In this document: positions 11,791 to 25,084 of the stretch, one piece after another
How the letters are laid out: each line of letters opens with the position of its first letter
How positions within the stretch are numbered: the stretch's first letter is position 1
Origin: Eledone cirrhosa
Taxonomy: Eukaryota
Direction of reading: 5' to 3'
DNA: 64,000 nucleotides
NCBI GenBank assembly: GCA_964016885.1
Contig: OZ024745.1
Span: 115,940,001-116,004,000, forward strand
Program-made: the position numbers and the translations under genes
Notes under the pieces: model-generated
The model's input: the letters and a program-made list of their open reading frames with translations, nothing else
Database searches by the model: none
What the model was told of the DNA's origin: nothing

Positions 11791-12989
11791 TTATGGTATG
11801 TTGTTTGTTGCCTCGTATTTATGAGTTTAAATGGAGCTTCAGATTGGCAGTTAGATTTCATATACAGTAAAATATCCCAAATTCAGCTCCAAATCCTTCT
11901 CTTACAGTCTTTTTCCCTCGCACATCTCGCCTATTCATTTTCTTGCAGCTTTTTGCTTTTCTGATAACTAAAATTTGTAAACATCCAAAAGCAACATCAA
12001 TTATCATATCTCTCATCGAATTATGTTCTCTCCGTCTTGTCCGTCTCACTTGTCCGTAATTGATTAGATTTTAGAGACCTTATTACCTTTCTTACGGTGA
12101 ACAGAAACAAAAAAAGAAAATTAATCTCTTTACGGAGAAGTACATTCAGATTTTTGTCATCTGTCTATAACACGAGTTTCTCGTAAACTTCGTAAACATA
12201 TATTTTTTGTGGAGAGTGTATTGTCGATTACACCAGCATATGTGCATCGCTTTATCTACATCGATGGAAGGTGGAACAAATTGAAAGGCACAAAATTGAT
12301 TTCAAAGAGCATTCTTGAGAAGAGATGTAACGGACGACTGCACATACAATTACCTGGGAATAGATGCAGTTTCTCATACTTTAACCTATTTGCTAGCTAC
12401 TAATATTGATTCAGCATATAGGAAAACCAACTCATTTAGCGACGAAATAATGAACAATGTGCTTCGTACATGGATAGAATGATCCAATATTGAGTTTTAG
12501 TATCATCAAAAGCAAAATGGATAATGATAATTTTTTCATGTAGGAAAATATTATGTTTCTCTTTTCTGTCTAAAGGAAGTTAGAGTAATAAAACCAATCT
12601 TTGATTGGAGGATTTAAATTTAACAACAATCGCAATCAAACATAAGCAGCAAACATATTATTAATAAAAATACATGATTAATCTGCCGATTCTGCAAACA
12701 GACACATCCTGGTAAGTCTTTATAATCCCGAAGACCCGTGAAACACGTTTCTTATTGCGTGAAATGGCTTGACTAAAGATGGCTAATTAAAAATCCCATG
12801 CTTAGCATTCTATAGAGCTGGATATAATATATTGTCATATACCGAGAATTTAATATTTATATTTGCACTAATAGATGTTCATTGAAAATTCTTCTCTAGA
12901 AACCCCAAGTGATGGAATTTATATACCCTTTTAAATTTATTGTACATTACCAAACTATCAGAATCACCCTTCACCAAAGTGAAACAACA

Positions 12990-13372
12990 CCTTATGGTCC
13001 TTTACGTTCTGAGTTCAAATCCCGCCTAGGTTAACTTTGCCTTTCATCTTTATGGGGTTGATAAAATAAAGTCCCAGCAATGCACTGGAGTAATTGCTGG
13101 CCTTGTGCCAAAAGTAAAAACAATCCTTGTATTGCGTTGTTATTAGGGCAGTGGATTAACAGTATCGGTAGAGCGTCTGCCATTATGCTTTGCGGCAGAG
13201 AGTTGTGACCCTTTACGTTCTGAATTCATATCCCGCCGTGGTTAGCTTTGCTTTTCATCCTTACGGGGTTGATAAAATAAAGCACCAGTAATGCACTGTA
13301 GAGATTTAATCGAATTCCCCCCCCCCCACCTCAAATTGCTGGCCTTGTGCCTAAATTAGAAACCATTGTTAT
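12990..13372 (+). mobile_element. Two tandem SINE family A copies (truncated 12990-13125; near full-length 13146-13372)
   Basis: A box (CAGTATCGGTAGAGCG), B box (GAGTTCAAATCCC), central CTTTCATCCTTACGGGGT.GATAAAATAAAG domain. Confidence 0.9.
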
Positions 13373-14865
13373 TTACAATCAGTAAATAATTCGTAAGAAA
13401 ATCGAAACTGCTATTCACAATGAATAATAAAAATCGAAAGAACGTCATTGTTGCCGACTATTGACGTCAGAAGTAACAAATGGGAGTTTCCAGCACGTGA
13501 GGAATCTACCACTTTAAATATATCTACGTATATCTTTCTGAGCTTTGACGTCATAAGTGTGTTAATACGCCCACGCTTTATTGCAGTCGATACCGATTTC
13601 AGCCACAGAGAAATAGAAAGAAATCAATAATAAACGCAACAGTATATAGCTGAACTATTTAAATATCTTATAAGGTAAAAAAGAGAGAGAGAAATACAAC
13701 AACGGAGTAACATTTAGTTTATACTGAAATTAAAGAGTTTATAAACACCGATAATAATTTCTAAAAACACCAGAGTCTAATAATATAATTGTATAATACA
13801 CCTACGCAGATTAAACACGTGATAGTTTGAATGAGTACTGAAGCAACAAGCGATGTAAGAGAAATTATCAATAACAATTTAAAAGACGTGTTCAGTATCT
13901 ATTGAACGTTACCAGACCACTTGGTAGGAATAGGAAAACCAACCGCAGGGAAACTTATATCGTCAATAGAAATGATAAAGAAAGACACATCTGAGAATAT
14001 AAATACAAACACACACATGCACGCACAGATACACACACACTCAGATAGACATAAACACAAACACACACACGCACTCACATATACAGAGACACGCATGTAT
14101 CCATGTATATATATATATATATACCTATATGTGGGTATCTATATCTGCATGTTTCTTTTTCACTTTCTCTCTTTCTCTTTCTCTCTCGCTCTGAATATAT
14201 AGATAGAGAGGGGGCCGGGGCGACAGAGGGAGAGAGAGAGAGAGAGATGGATGTAAATGTAAATATTTGATTTTTATTCACGTTCCATAAAATGTCTTAA
14301 CTCTATCTAGGTTTTGGAATACAGCCAGTCGAAATATAAAGCTTTCTAGAGATAATGAATGTAGATACTGGAATAGACATAACAAATGTTGATGTTTATC
14401 AATTTAATTGCTTTCACTGTAAGTTATTATCGTACTTGCGGTTCCCTGTAATGGAAATGGTCTTAAACCTCCTGGAAAAAAGAGGGAACAATATATTTCC
14501 ATGTACTCTCCTTGGAATACTACGCTTCCTGTGTATAAATGAATACATCGATACTCATTTATAAACAAATACATAAATATATATACTGCAATATATAGCC
14601 AAGTACATATGAAGCGAAACGTAGATAGTAAGTGTTGTTAGAGGTGAAATAACACGACAAAATAAATGGTTTCGTTTAAATATAAAATTTACTTAGTGAA
14701 TAAAGGAACAAAGAATAAGATTACTACAAATAATAGAAGTTGACGATGTTTTTGTTGTTATTTCGTTATGTTGAAATAAAGAGTGGCAAGAGATCGTTCA
14801 TTAGTCGTAGCAGCGAGGTACTAGTCAAAGCCCAGTGACAGGGGGTGGTGAGAGTCTGTAGGACC

Positions 14866-14914
<49 letters not shown>

Positions 14915-15530
14915 TGTAAGACCAGGAGAGAAAGACAGAGTAAGGGTGTCAAGACCCCAAGAGGTCTGTAGAAAGCAAATGTTTTAATTCATTACTCTAC
15001 CAGGAACTGTTCCAAACTGCCTTTTCGTTGGTCTAAGACAGGCTATTTATATCTGTCGCGTTCTGTCCCCTACCTCGAGAACCATCCGGGTGACCTGGAG
15101 AGATCGCCCACGCATAGACTTGTTTACGCCAAAAATGAGGTAACCCAGAATTTGACCGTTAGGTGTCACCCAGGGGTCAAGGTGTGGACAGATTTCGCTA
15201 CACATACATATTCTTACACCTGTTCTAAAAAGATTACTTGCTTACACGATTTAATGATGAGGTCGATGATAAATTCTGGATGCAGAAATAACAGCCACAT
15301 CTCTTCCCATCATAAGTTACAATCTTCAAAATGAAGCTTACGTACGATAATATTGTTCCCGGAACAACCAAATGAACATTTCACACGTTTAGATTTTTAC
15401 AAGAGTCTTTAAGAACTATAAATGAATCATTGCAATATATATATATAAACGGATCTGTGTATGTATAAATATAGTGACCGTATTTATTTCCGGGTCACTT
15501 TTCGTTTTACGTATTTTCTTTATACATCAG

Positions 15531-15573
<43 letters not shown>

Positions 15574-15619
15574 TAGATAAGTAAATATACACGGGTGTGT
15601 ATGATTGTGTATAGAAGAT

Positions 15620-15974
15620 TATATTAATAAGAGGAATTCCAACTTTGTCTGATTTACTCGTTTTATTTACAAATGAAATAGTATGATAGAATATTAAATT
15701 CTAAGTGTTAATTGAACAAGTACTTTCATGCTTTCGCAATCTTCAGGTTCATAATATGTGGTGACAGTCAAGTTTGCAATTTTCAACTGTGAAAATTGCA
15801 AACTTGACTATCACCACATATTATGAACCTGAAGATTGCGAAACCATGAACGTACTTGTTCAATTAACACTTAGAATTTAATATTCTATCATACTATTTC
15901 ATTATAATACCATTATAAATTTTAAAGGATTGTAGATAAAACGAGTAAATCATACAAAGTTGGAATTCCTCTTA

Positions 15975-15982
<8 letters not shown>
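15620..15982. repeat. Fold-back palindrome (~165-bp arms, 4-nt apex at 15786-15789) abutting (TA)n
   Basis: Arms are reverse complements with a few substitutions and a ~27-nt insertion in the right arm. Confidence 0.95.
15713..15751 (-). ncRNA. Minimal type I hammerhead ribozyme, intact core; mirrored mutated copy at 15824-15862 (+)
   Basis: TGAAC|CTGAAGA|T TGC GAAA GCA T|GAAA|GTAC|TT|GTTCA: 5-bp helix I, GNRA-capped helix II, palindromic GTAC in helix III. Confidence 0.85.
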
Positions 15983-16045
<63 letters not shown>

Positions 16046-16090
16046 ATTGTATATATATATATATGCAGACATACACATTACATATACACG

Positions 16091-16120
<30 letters not shown>

Positions 16121-16125
<5 letters not shown>

Positions 16126-16308
16126 GTTTCTACTTTTGGCACAAGGCCAGCAATTACTCAGTACATTACTGGTACTTTATTTTATCGACCCCGTAAGGAT
16201 GAAAGGCAAAGTTTAACCTTGGCGCGATTTGAACTCAGAATGGCAAGGGGCGTAACTCTATGCGTCAAAGCATAGTGTCCGACCCTCTACCGATACTGCC
16301 AATCCACA
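16121..16308 (-). mobile_element. SINE family A, near full-length
   Basis: Reverse complement of the consensus including A and B boxes. Confidence 0.92.
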
Positions 16309-16320
16309 ATACAATATATA

Positions 16321-16388
16321 CCTCATTACCAGAGGTTTCCCGGATAAGACGAATACGAAAAACGTCCTCATTCGTTCATCGGACAAGG
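16321..16388 (-). ncRNA. Hammerhead-like motif with CCGAUGA core variant
   Basis: CCTTGT|CCGATGA|long imperfect helix II|GAAA|CC TCT GG|TA|ATGAGG; helix I has 6 pairs including 2 GU. Confidence 0.55.
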
Positions 16389-17342
16389 CAATTTAAAACA
16401 TAGTGAAATATTTGAAAAATCTCCTCAAGAAAGGCAAAAGTTTAACGGGCAAAAAATATATAAATAAAGGTAATGCAAGGGATATATAAAAAAATAAGGA
16501 AATATTGTTAGGGTATGTGTATATGTATGTATATACACTCACAAATGTACATATGTGTGTAAGTACAAATGCATGTGTATGGTGAAAATGTGTGCGTAAG
16601 TACATATATGAGGGCAAGTATATTTGTGTATATGTGACCACCAATACGTATATAATATGAGTTGAAAAAGAAATTGTAAGATAATATAGTTAACACACAT
16701 CCAGATACAGGTATTAAATACACATACGAGTATGAAAGCACGCGTATAAACACACAACACACTTGGTTTCCTCCTCTGAAATGTCTTTTACTCTCCTTAG
16801 TTTCTTACTTCGCTCTATCCTATTTCTTCCATCCCTCATTCTATCTTATGATGAAGGACTCATATCGTTAAGAACCATGTTCCGCCATATCACTCGTTAA
16901 ACTAATGTATATCATGATTGTATTGCATTGTTCTCCCGGGTTATTTTTCCGCGTTGGTATTTCACATACATACATACATCCATGCAAACACACTCCTCCA
17001 GGAACACACACACACACAGACACAGACACACCCCCACACATAAACAGACAGAGAGACACGCACACACACACGCACATACACATACATATATATATATATG
17101 GGAGGAGGTTATAAACGTTTATATATGTATAATAAAGCCAAAACAATGCAGGTATGCAAGCTATTTAGAAGACTGGTTTAACCGCTTTACTTCCCTCCGA
17201 AGAAGAGATATTATCTCGAAAATTAAGGACATTTAAATAAATTTAAGGTAAAAGAGTAATTGTCAACAATATCTTTTGCATTTGAATTCTTTATTCTATG
17301 TCCATACCTGCATTGTTTTGGATTTATTATACATATACAAAC

Positions 17343-17410
<68 letters not shown>

Positions 17411-17412
17411 GT

Positions 17413-17543
<131 letters not shown>

Positions 17544-18247
17544 CACTCAAACAAAGATACACACGGCAACACATTGATATATAGATATATATGATTGTGT
17601 GCATGTGTGTGTGTCCGTATATAAAAGTGTCTGTCATATTTAAAGTTATTTAAGAAAGTAAATATCTCCATATTCATTACCACATATGTCATATTCATGC
17701 ATATAATGAGTGATCACCCTCCTTAGATTGTTGTCTACATTTACTTTACATTCGGAAATGTCAAGTCATCCGACATCATTCTGTATCGCGGAAGTCATCT
17801 ACATCCGGTTAGAACACCTAATGAAGTTGTAAATCGCTTCAAAAGAAATAGCAAGAAGACAATGCGTTGAACATCATCATTCAGTTAAGGCAAGTATGTT
17901 CACTGGACACAGTAACACAGAGTCAGTCTTAATTAGTTATGTCTAATCGATTAGTTGATCAAATCTATCTCTTTATCTACAACTCTGATGTATTTGATAA
18001 ACAGCTATTTGGAATAAGATAAAACTGTTAGAAGGCATTCTGAGCTCAATTTCCGAAATTCTTTATGAATTAAAAACACATGGGCAAAACGGGCCAACAT
18101 GCACCTACATGCTCTAATACGTGTAAAGATACACAAAATTACGACTACATGTGTGCATACATACATGCATACATACACATATATGTATATGTGTATATGT
18201 GTATGTATACACATACACATATACATACACATCTACACACACACATA

Positions 18248-18474
18248 TACTATGCACTGCTGAAAAGTTCCTGGCTTTGGGTAAAATACTGTAGTATCAG
18301 TTAATTAGGAGTCCATTCATCATACCCCCCCCCCCCGCTCAGATTCACACATTTATTTTAACGTTCCTTCAGTTTTTCTAAGCTTTGTAAAAAAAACTTG
18401 GAAAAGCGGGCGTCCAACTACCTTTTCATGATACACTTAAATCCAGGCACTTTTCACTCCCCCCCCCCCTGTAT
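18248..18474. mobile_element. Tc1/mariner-type MITE (degenerate)
   Basis: Imperfect TIRs TGAAAAGTTCCTGGCTTT ... AAATCCAGGCACTTTTCA, flanked by TA-rich sequence. Confidence 0.65.
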
Positions 18475-18504
18475 ATATATCTCTAATATATCTCTATCTG
18501 TCTC

Positions 18505-18572
<68 letters not shown>

Positions 18573-18575
<3 letters not shown>

Positions 18576-18686
18576 GTTATTCCGGGTTGAATCGGAGGTA
18601 ACCACAGTAAGTAAGGTACTCAATACATAGCAGAGTATAAAAGTTTTAATAGTTTTAATATGTAGAATCTCATCTATATTAAAACT
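18573..18686. repeat. Rearranged copy of the 3' flank of the 42.8-kb hammerhead element, inside (TA)n
   Basis: 18573-18651 is the reverse complement of ~42878-42955; 18661-18686 is a direct copy of 42861-42886. Confidence 0.85.
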
Positions 18687-19175
18687 ATATATATATATAT
18701 ATCTGTATATTTTAGATTGCTGTCATCCACGTACAAAACTCACAGAAATCACCGTAAACCAAACATGGTCTGTACCAGCCAGTAAACGAGGACGCAATGT
18801 GTTATCAAGCTACAGCTCCCATATTATTTACTTCATGTATAATAATAACACTATTATAATCTGCTGCGACTACAACCCCATTACGTATCTCAACCATAAC
18901 CCCCCACCCAAACAAACCAGCGAATCAAAATAAGCCTTAAAACATTTAGCCCAATCCGTAATGCCGTGCACCGGGTACCTTCTATAAGGAAAAGCAGGGC
19001 ACATTTTTATGTGCCCTATTTTTAAGAAAAAAAAAACAAAACAAATTATTTTTGAAATAAACGAACTATGTTAAAGATGACTATAACTTAAATACGATAT
19101 ATATACAAAAGCAACATAATATTGACCGCACACAAACAAGATGAAAATAAGCAAATGGAAATTTGCAAAAGTTTA

Positions 19176-19925
19176 TTTACATAAATAATAATTGTTTCTA
19201 CTTTTGCCACAAACCCAGCAATTATCCAGGTACATTACTGGTACTGGTGCTTTACATAAATAATAATTGTTTCTACCTTTGCCACAAACCCAGCAATTAT
19301 CGAGGTACATTACTGGTACTGGTGCTTTACATAAATAATAATTGTTTCTACCTTTGCCACAAACCCAGCAATTATCCAGGTACATTACTGGTACTGGTGC
19401 TTTACATAAATAATAATTGTTTCTACTTTTGCCACAAACCCAGCAATTATCCAGGTACATTACTGGTACTGGTGCTTTACATAAATAATAATTGTTTCTA
19501 CTTTTGCCACAAACCCAGCAATTATCCAGGTACATTACTGGTACTGGTGCTTTACGTAAATAATAATTGTTTCTACTTTTGCCACAAACCCAGCAATTAT
19601 CCAGGTACATTACTGGTACTGGTGCTTTACATAAATAATAATTGTTTCTACCTTTGCCACAAACCCAGCAATTATCGAGGTACATTACTGGTACTGGTGC
19701 TTTACATAAATAATAATTGTTTCTACCTTTGCCACAAACCCAGCAATTATCCAGGTACATTACTGGTACTGGTGCTTTACGTAAATAATAATTGTTTCTA
19801 CTTTTGCCACAAACCCAGCAATTATCCAGGTACATTACTGGTACTGGTGCTTTACGTAAATAATAATTGTTTCTACTTTTGCCACAAACCCAGCAATTAT
19901 CCAGGTACATTACTGGTACTGGTGC
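19176..19925. repeat. 75-bp minisatellite, 10 units, derived from the 3' end of SINE family A
   Basis: TTTAC restarts every 75 bp from 19176; the 11th unit at 19926 reverts to canonical SINE sequence. Confidence 0.95.
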
Positions 19926-20466
19926 TTTACATAAATAATAATTGTTTCTACTTTAGGCACAAGGCCAGCAATTACCCAGTACATTACTGGTACTTTATTT
20001 TATCGACCCCGTAAGGATGAAAGACAAAGTCAACCTCGGCGGGATAGTTTCTGATTTAAACACAAGGCCAGAACTTTGAAGGGGAGGGGGAGTCGATTAA
20101 ATCGACTCCAGTACATTACTGATGCTTTATTTATCGATCCCGCAAGGACGAAAGGCGAAGCTAACCTCGGCGGATTTGAACTTAGAACTTAAAGGGCCGT
20201 AACTCTTTGCCACGAAGCATGGTGTCCGACGCTCTACCGATACTGCCAATCCACCACGCTCTTTACAAAAATAATAATTGTTTCTACTTTTTGGCAACAG
20301 GTCAGCAATTACCCCAGTGTATTACTGGTACTTTATTTTATCGACCCCGTAAGGATGAAAGGCAAAGTTAACATCAGTGGGATTTGAACTCAGACCATAA
20401 AGGACCGTAACTCTATACAGCGAAGCATGGTGTCCGACGCTCTACCAACACTGCCAACCCACCACC
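19926..20466 (-). mobile_element. Three tandem SINE family A copies (19926-20045, 20055-20258, 20272-20466)
   Basis: Repeated TTTTATCGACCCCGTAAGGATGAAAG core and CCGATACTGCCAATCCACC 5' end. Confidence 0.92.
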
Positions 20467-21647
20467 ATACAATAATTATGATAATAATAATAACTCATTG
20501 GAATACCATTCCTTCGTCTTATCTCATCAAATCTGGCCAACAGTCTGGCAAGTGTGAAGAATAAAGAATAAACTAATAAAAAAAGAAAGAAAAAAGTAAC
20601 TGAGAAGGAAAGAAGTAAAGACAGACTATTTGATCACTGACGCACTCCAAAACTTTCACTCATAGCCTTATCACAAACTTCAAATAGCAGAAGGCCAATA
20701 ACTTTGGCCACTTGCATAGGCATCACCCCCATATGAACTCCTTCGTGAACACCATTGCAAACACAAGTGCCGGCCAACTGGAATGCTATTTATTAAAGAC
20801 ATCAAAATGAAATAGGCGAAACGTTGAAAGCCAGCCGAGACAATCATGATAAACCTGCAGCTAATTCAAATCTTACTACGGCAATGGAAAATAAAAGTAA
20901 AATAAATAAATAACAAAAATAAATTAATAAATAAAAAAAAAAAATTAGAAGTTTGATCCCTCGTAATTTCAGGCAGATGTTTTCTGGCTGCAAACTGGAA
21001 ATAATTCTCAACTTTCTCAGAATCTCCCCTTATATATATAATATATAAGTGAAATGAGACAAAAAATGCTTATACACATATTTTCCAAACATTCCTTATT
21101 GAAAGCCACCACTGATGCTTCGCTCTGTTTTTTTTTTTTATTTCCCACCACAAAGGAGTGTGGGACAGAGAGGCTGAAGCCTCCCCCTCCCTACATGTGT
21201 GTACTTTTTTATATATAAACTCTCACACATACACACACTCTCTAAAATCATATTCCAGAAATAGAATTTCTGTTACTACTGTTGCCAATCCCACAGAATT
21301 TGTCTCTAGCTTACAATTCCTCCATTAGCCCATCTGAACTCTGGACCAGTCCATTAACACGATTGAGATACGCACAGATATTTACAGAATATTTCCTTTG
21401 TCCGAAGGTTGTTAGAATTAAGAGGTACTAGTAATTCACCCAGTAGGCTATACTTTACCCAACCCGCTTAGCAAACTAATAGGAAAGATAATTCACTCAG
21501 AGATGGCTAGGCATGATAAAAACATACTGCTTCGTTCGTCTCTGAGCCAACAACGAAAACATAAACACATATTTTCTTTGTTTTTTTCTTTGCTTGTTTC
21601 CTTATAGTTTACTTCCTTTCGGTTGGTATGCATCTATTACGCAATTT

Positions 21648-21705
21648 ACACCTGAAGATGTCAGCAGGTTCTTTCACAACCTGGCCACTGAAACGTGTAT
21701 AGTGT
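21648..21705 (+). ncRNA. Degenerate hammerhead motif
   Basis: ACAC|CTGAAGA|T GT..CAGGTT ctttcac AACCTG..AC T|GAAA|CGTGTA|TA|GTGT; helix III imperfect. Confidence 0.55.
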
Positions 21706-21810
21706 TTGCAGAAATAGTTTGGAAAGAAAGTAATGTCGTTTCTTTTATAATGAAGAGTTTAAAGTCTTCTGTCTAAATACTCAATTGATGATTTAAGTTA
21801 ACTATAAATT

Positions 21811-21991
21811 ATAATTGTTTCTACTTTTGGCAGAAGGCCAGCAATTACCCAGTACATTATTGGTACTTTATTTTATCGACCCCGTAAGGATGAAAGGCAA
21901 AGTTAACCTCGGCGGGATTTGAACTCAGATCATAAAGGGCCGTAACTCTATGCTGCACAGCATGGCGTCCGACCTTCTACCGATACTGCCA
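21811..21991 (-). mobile_element. SINE family A
   Basis: Full core plus A and B boxes. Confidence 0.92.
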
Positions 21992-22063
21992 TGTTTGTTT
22001 GATTGTATCAGAATAATCTATTGAATTTATTTAAGAGACATATACTCAATTTACCCTCTAAAA

Positions 22064-22234
22064 ATGTATGTTGATGAAGAACTCCTGAGGCACTGTATGC
22101 TATATGAATTTAAAAAGGGTAAATCAGCTGCCCAAACTGAAAGAAACATTTGTTATGAGTATGGAAACAATGGTCTAAATGATAGAAAATGTCAACGGTG
22201 GTTTGCAAAGTTTGATATTCTCTTTATCAAGTGA
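22064..22234 (+). pseudogene. Mariner transposase N-terminal HTH fragment
   Basis: MYVDEELLRHCMLYEFKKGKSAAQTERNICYEYGNNGLNDRKCQRWFAKF; typical first HTH of Mos1/Hsmar1-type transposases; 56 aa, so below the ORF-track cutoff. Confidence 0.85.
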
Positions 22235-22588
22235 GTATCCTTAGGAGAAACTTAAATGATTGATCGAAGTTGACTTGTTTGATTGGAGAGCAGATTTAAG
22301 TGAAATGAAATGAAAGGACGTTAAAATTTCGAACGTGCACATTGTAAAATGTATGATATATGCATACGTGTGCGTGAATGTAAGTCTGCGTAGCGGAATG
22401 TTTGTATGTGTGTGCATGAATGTAAGTTTATATAGTGAAAGGTGTGTGCGAATATGTATATAATAAAACGCAAAAAATATGTGTGTGTGAGTCTAAATGT
22501 TTTTTGCTAGTGAGGACATAGATTTAATTTGAAAGAAAGAATGAAACTGGCCGCTGGGATGTTGGAATACAGGCTTTTAAATTAGCCA

Positions 22589-22650
22589 TTCTACCACCTA
22601 ATCAAAGCCCACAAAGAAGGCCCGACCTGAAAATTAGACACATTATCTCT
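22589..22650 (+). pseudogene. Penelope-like RT fingers-motif fragment
   Basis: FYHLIKAHKEG then (frameshift) PDLKIRHIIS, resembling FY.LPK.HK...RPIIS. Confidence 0.6.
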
Positions 22651-25084
22651 CTTGGCTTCTGTCCAAGATTTTAAAGCCCCTAGGAACGTTGGGATTCCAT
22701 TGATAAATTTTATTTTCTAAGAATCCTTGATGATGAACCCATGGAAGGCTTTTATAAGTAAAACAGGGAGGAGTTTGTTGAATATCTACTGACTACTGCT
22801 TTCTAGAGATCATTCCTAATACCCCTAAGCCGGGTTAATAAAGCTCTCCCTTCCTTGGTGGCTGGACATCTCTCTATTTCTCCTTGGTTTCAGGAGCTTA
22901 CCAAAAGGTCGTCGTAAATAGAATATGGAAATATGTGCAACATTTAATTGTTATTTGAGTGATCTATAACTTAGCATATATTCTTGTCATCATCTCAAAC
23001 AAGAACGTAATTGTCGTGCGATGATTGGCGAATAGTTTCCAAATGGAACACCATCATGTACATTAATCAATCTTCTTTCATTATATTTACATTAACGATT
23101 TACAATGTGAATTAATTAAACACAGAAACGATTGAATATTGCCAGGCATGACTTGAAGGTATCGATTCCATTCAATTAAAACTATCACAATGAATACTTC
23201 TCCAACCGACATACTAATAAAACTCTAGTATCTGTTTCGTTTGTGGTTATTTTAATAGTTGTCATGTTTACATAAAATCTCGATTCCGCATCAACAGTTA
23301 CAATATGACACAGCTTTACAATGCCCAGACTACGTGTTCAATATTATGTTTATTAGTGGTATCTAAGAAAATGACATTTATGATAGCTAATAATTTCATA
23401 AGAACCATGCTGATGATATTTGACATTTAGGATGCGACATCTAGGAGACTAAGCTCGAGCTTAGTCTCCTAGACCATAAACACCGGTACCTCAGTGTGCA
23501 ATGCAGAGGACAGGAAGACAAGCAAATACGGGAGCTTGTGTGGTCACTTTCTCTTTGAACCGGGCGCCGTCGAGATCTCAGGTGTCCTCCGTAAAATCGA
23601 AATGACAGCAGCCCATCTGAGAAAGGATTCCGTGAGGTAGGGTGGTTGTTGCAGCAGATGTCGCTGGCCATTGTTCGTGGAAATGCCGTTGCCATTTTGT
23701 CCGCGGGGCGCAGAAGAATCATCGCACGTACTTTGGTGTAGAGCAGTCAGGGGCAACCTGCGGCCCACGAAGCTTTCTGTATGGCTCGCCTAAGTCACCT
23801 CAGTGAAATCTTTCTTATTTGTTTACCCCAAATATTATTAAATTATTGAGTTCATCATTTCCTCAACGTTCTCTCTTATTTTAACCACCCTGGGCCTTTA
23901 TCACATACTTTCAACACTTATTTTATATCACAGTTATATTTTTATTTTTCACTCATTTACTGAGTCTTCTAAATCATTAACCCACCCATACATGTATTTT
24001 TGTAGGTGACCATGTCTATGTATGCATACGATTGTATGGCCGTAAGTACGCGCTAATGTATGTATGTACTTGTATGTACGTGTGCATGTATGTATATGTA
24101 TGTTTAGTAAGCGCATATATATATGTATATGTATGTGTGCGTTTATATATGTATAATATTTTTATTTATATATATATATGTATATATATATACTTGTGTA
24201 TGTGTGTGTTTGTATGTGTGCATAAGTATGTGTGTGCGTGTGTATATATGTATATATATATAAATTAATAAAAACAATGAAATAAAAACAAAGAACAAGT
24301 TCCTTATATTAAAAAATTCATTATTATGTATACCTTCTCGTACGTATATTTGACTGTTATGGCGTATACTTTTTACATATTCTGGTATTTAGGGTTTGGC
24401 TATGTGTATACGGGAGTTTTGCGTCTGCGTGAATATGCAGGTTCGTACGTATGGTGGGTGTGTGTATATGTGTACTTCTTGTTTTAGTTGACTTACGTCT
24501 CCGAACATTCGTGTATTTATATGTAGGTATGCGTGTGCGCTTGTTATATACGTATTTATTTATTTATATACGTTTATATAATTATTTATTTGTACACAAG
24601 CATACACACACACATATTTATATGTGCGTGGTTTTGTATACCTATGGTAAGGTTTTGCGTATGCTTGTGTATGTACGTATCTGTTTGCGTGTATGTATTT
24701 ATTTGTTTCTATTACTTCTGTATTGTATTTATTTACTTTGTTCTTAACTCTATAGCGGAGATTCATTTGGTCTCCTAGTTAGAATTTAGTCTACGACTTC
24801 TGCTTACCATTTACGTGATTTTGTCTTTGCGTGCTATTGTTCTCCACGCTCCACATATGACTTATTATCTTCGTTTTTTTCGTTCATTACCAGAGAACGT
24901 CTCTATGCACCACCTAAGAGAACATTAGTCTACGACCTCTTTTATACCATAAACGTGGTTCTGTCTTTGCGCGTAATTGTTTTTCACCGCTCCTATTAAT
25001 GACGTATTATTCGTTTTTTCCCGTTCTTTGCCAACGAACGTTACCACGAACCAAAGTATCGTCTTCCTGTCTTCCTCCGGTTGC

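Noticed and set aside
13146-13240. tRNA genes
   Set aside because: A/B boxes belong to SINE heads; no cloverleaf.
19163-20014. 283-aa and 245-aa Cys/His repeat proteins; CRISPR-like regular array
   Set aside because: By-products of a 75-bp SINE-derived minisatellite; units have no unique spacers and the context is eukaryotic.
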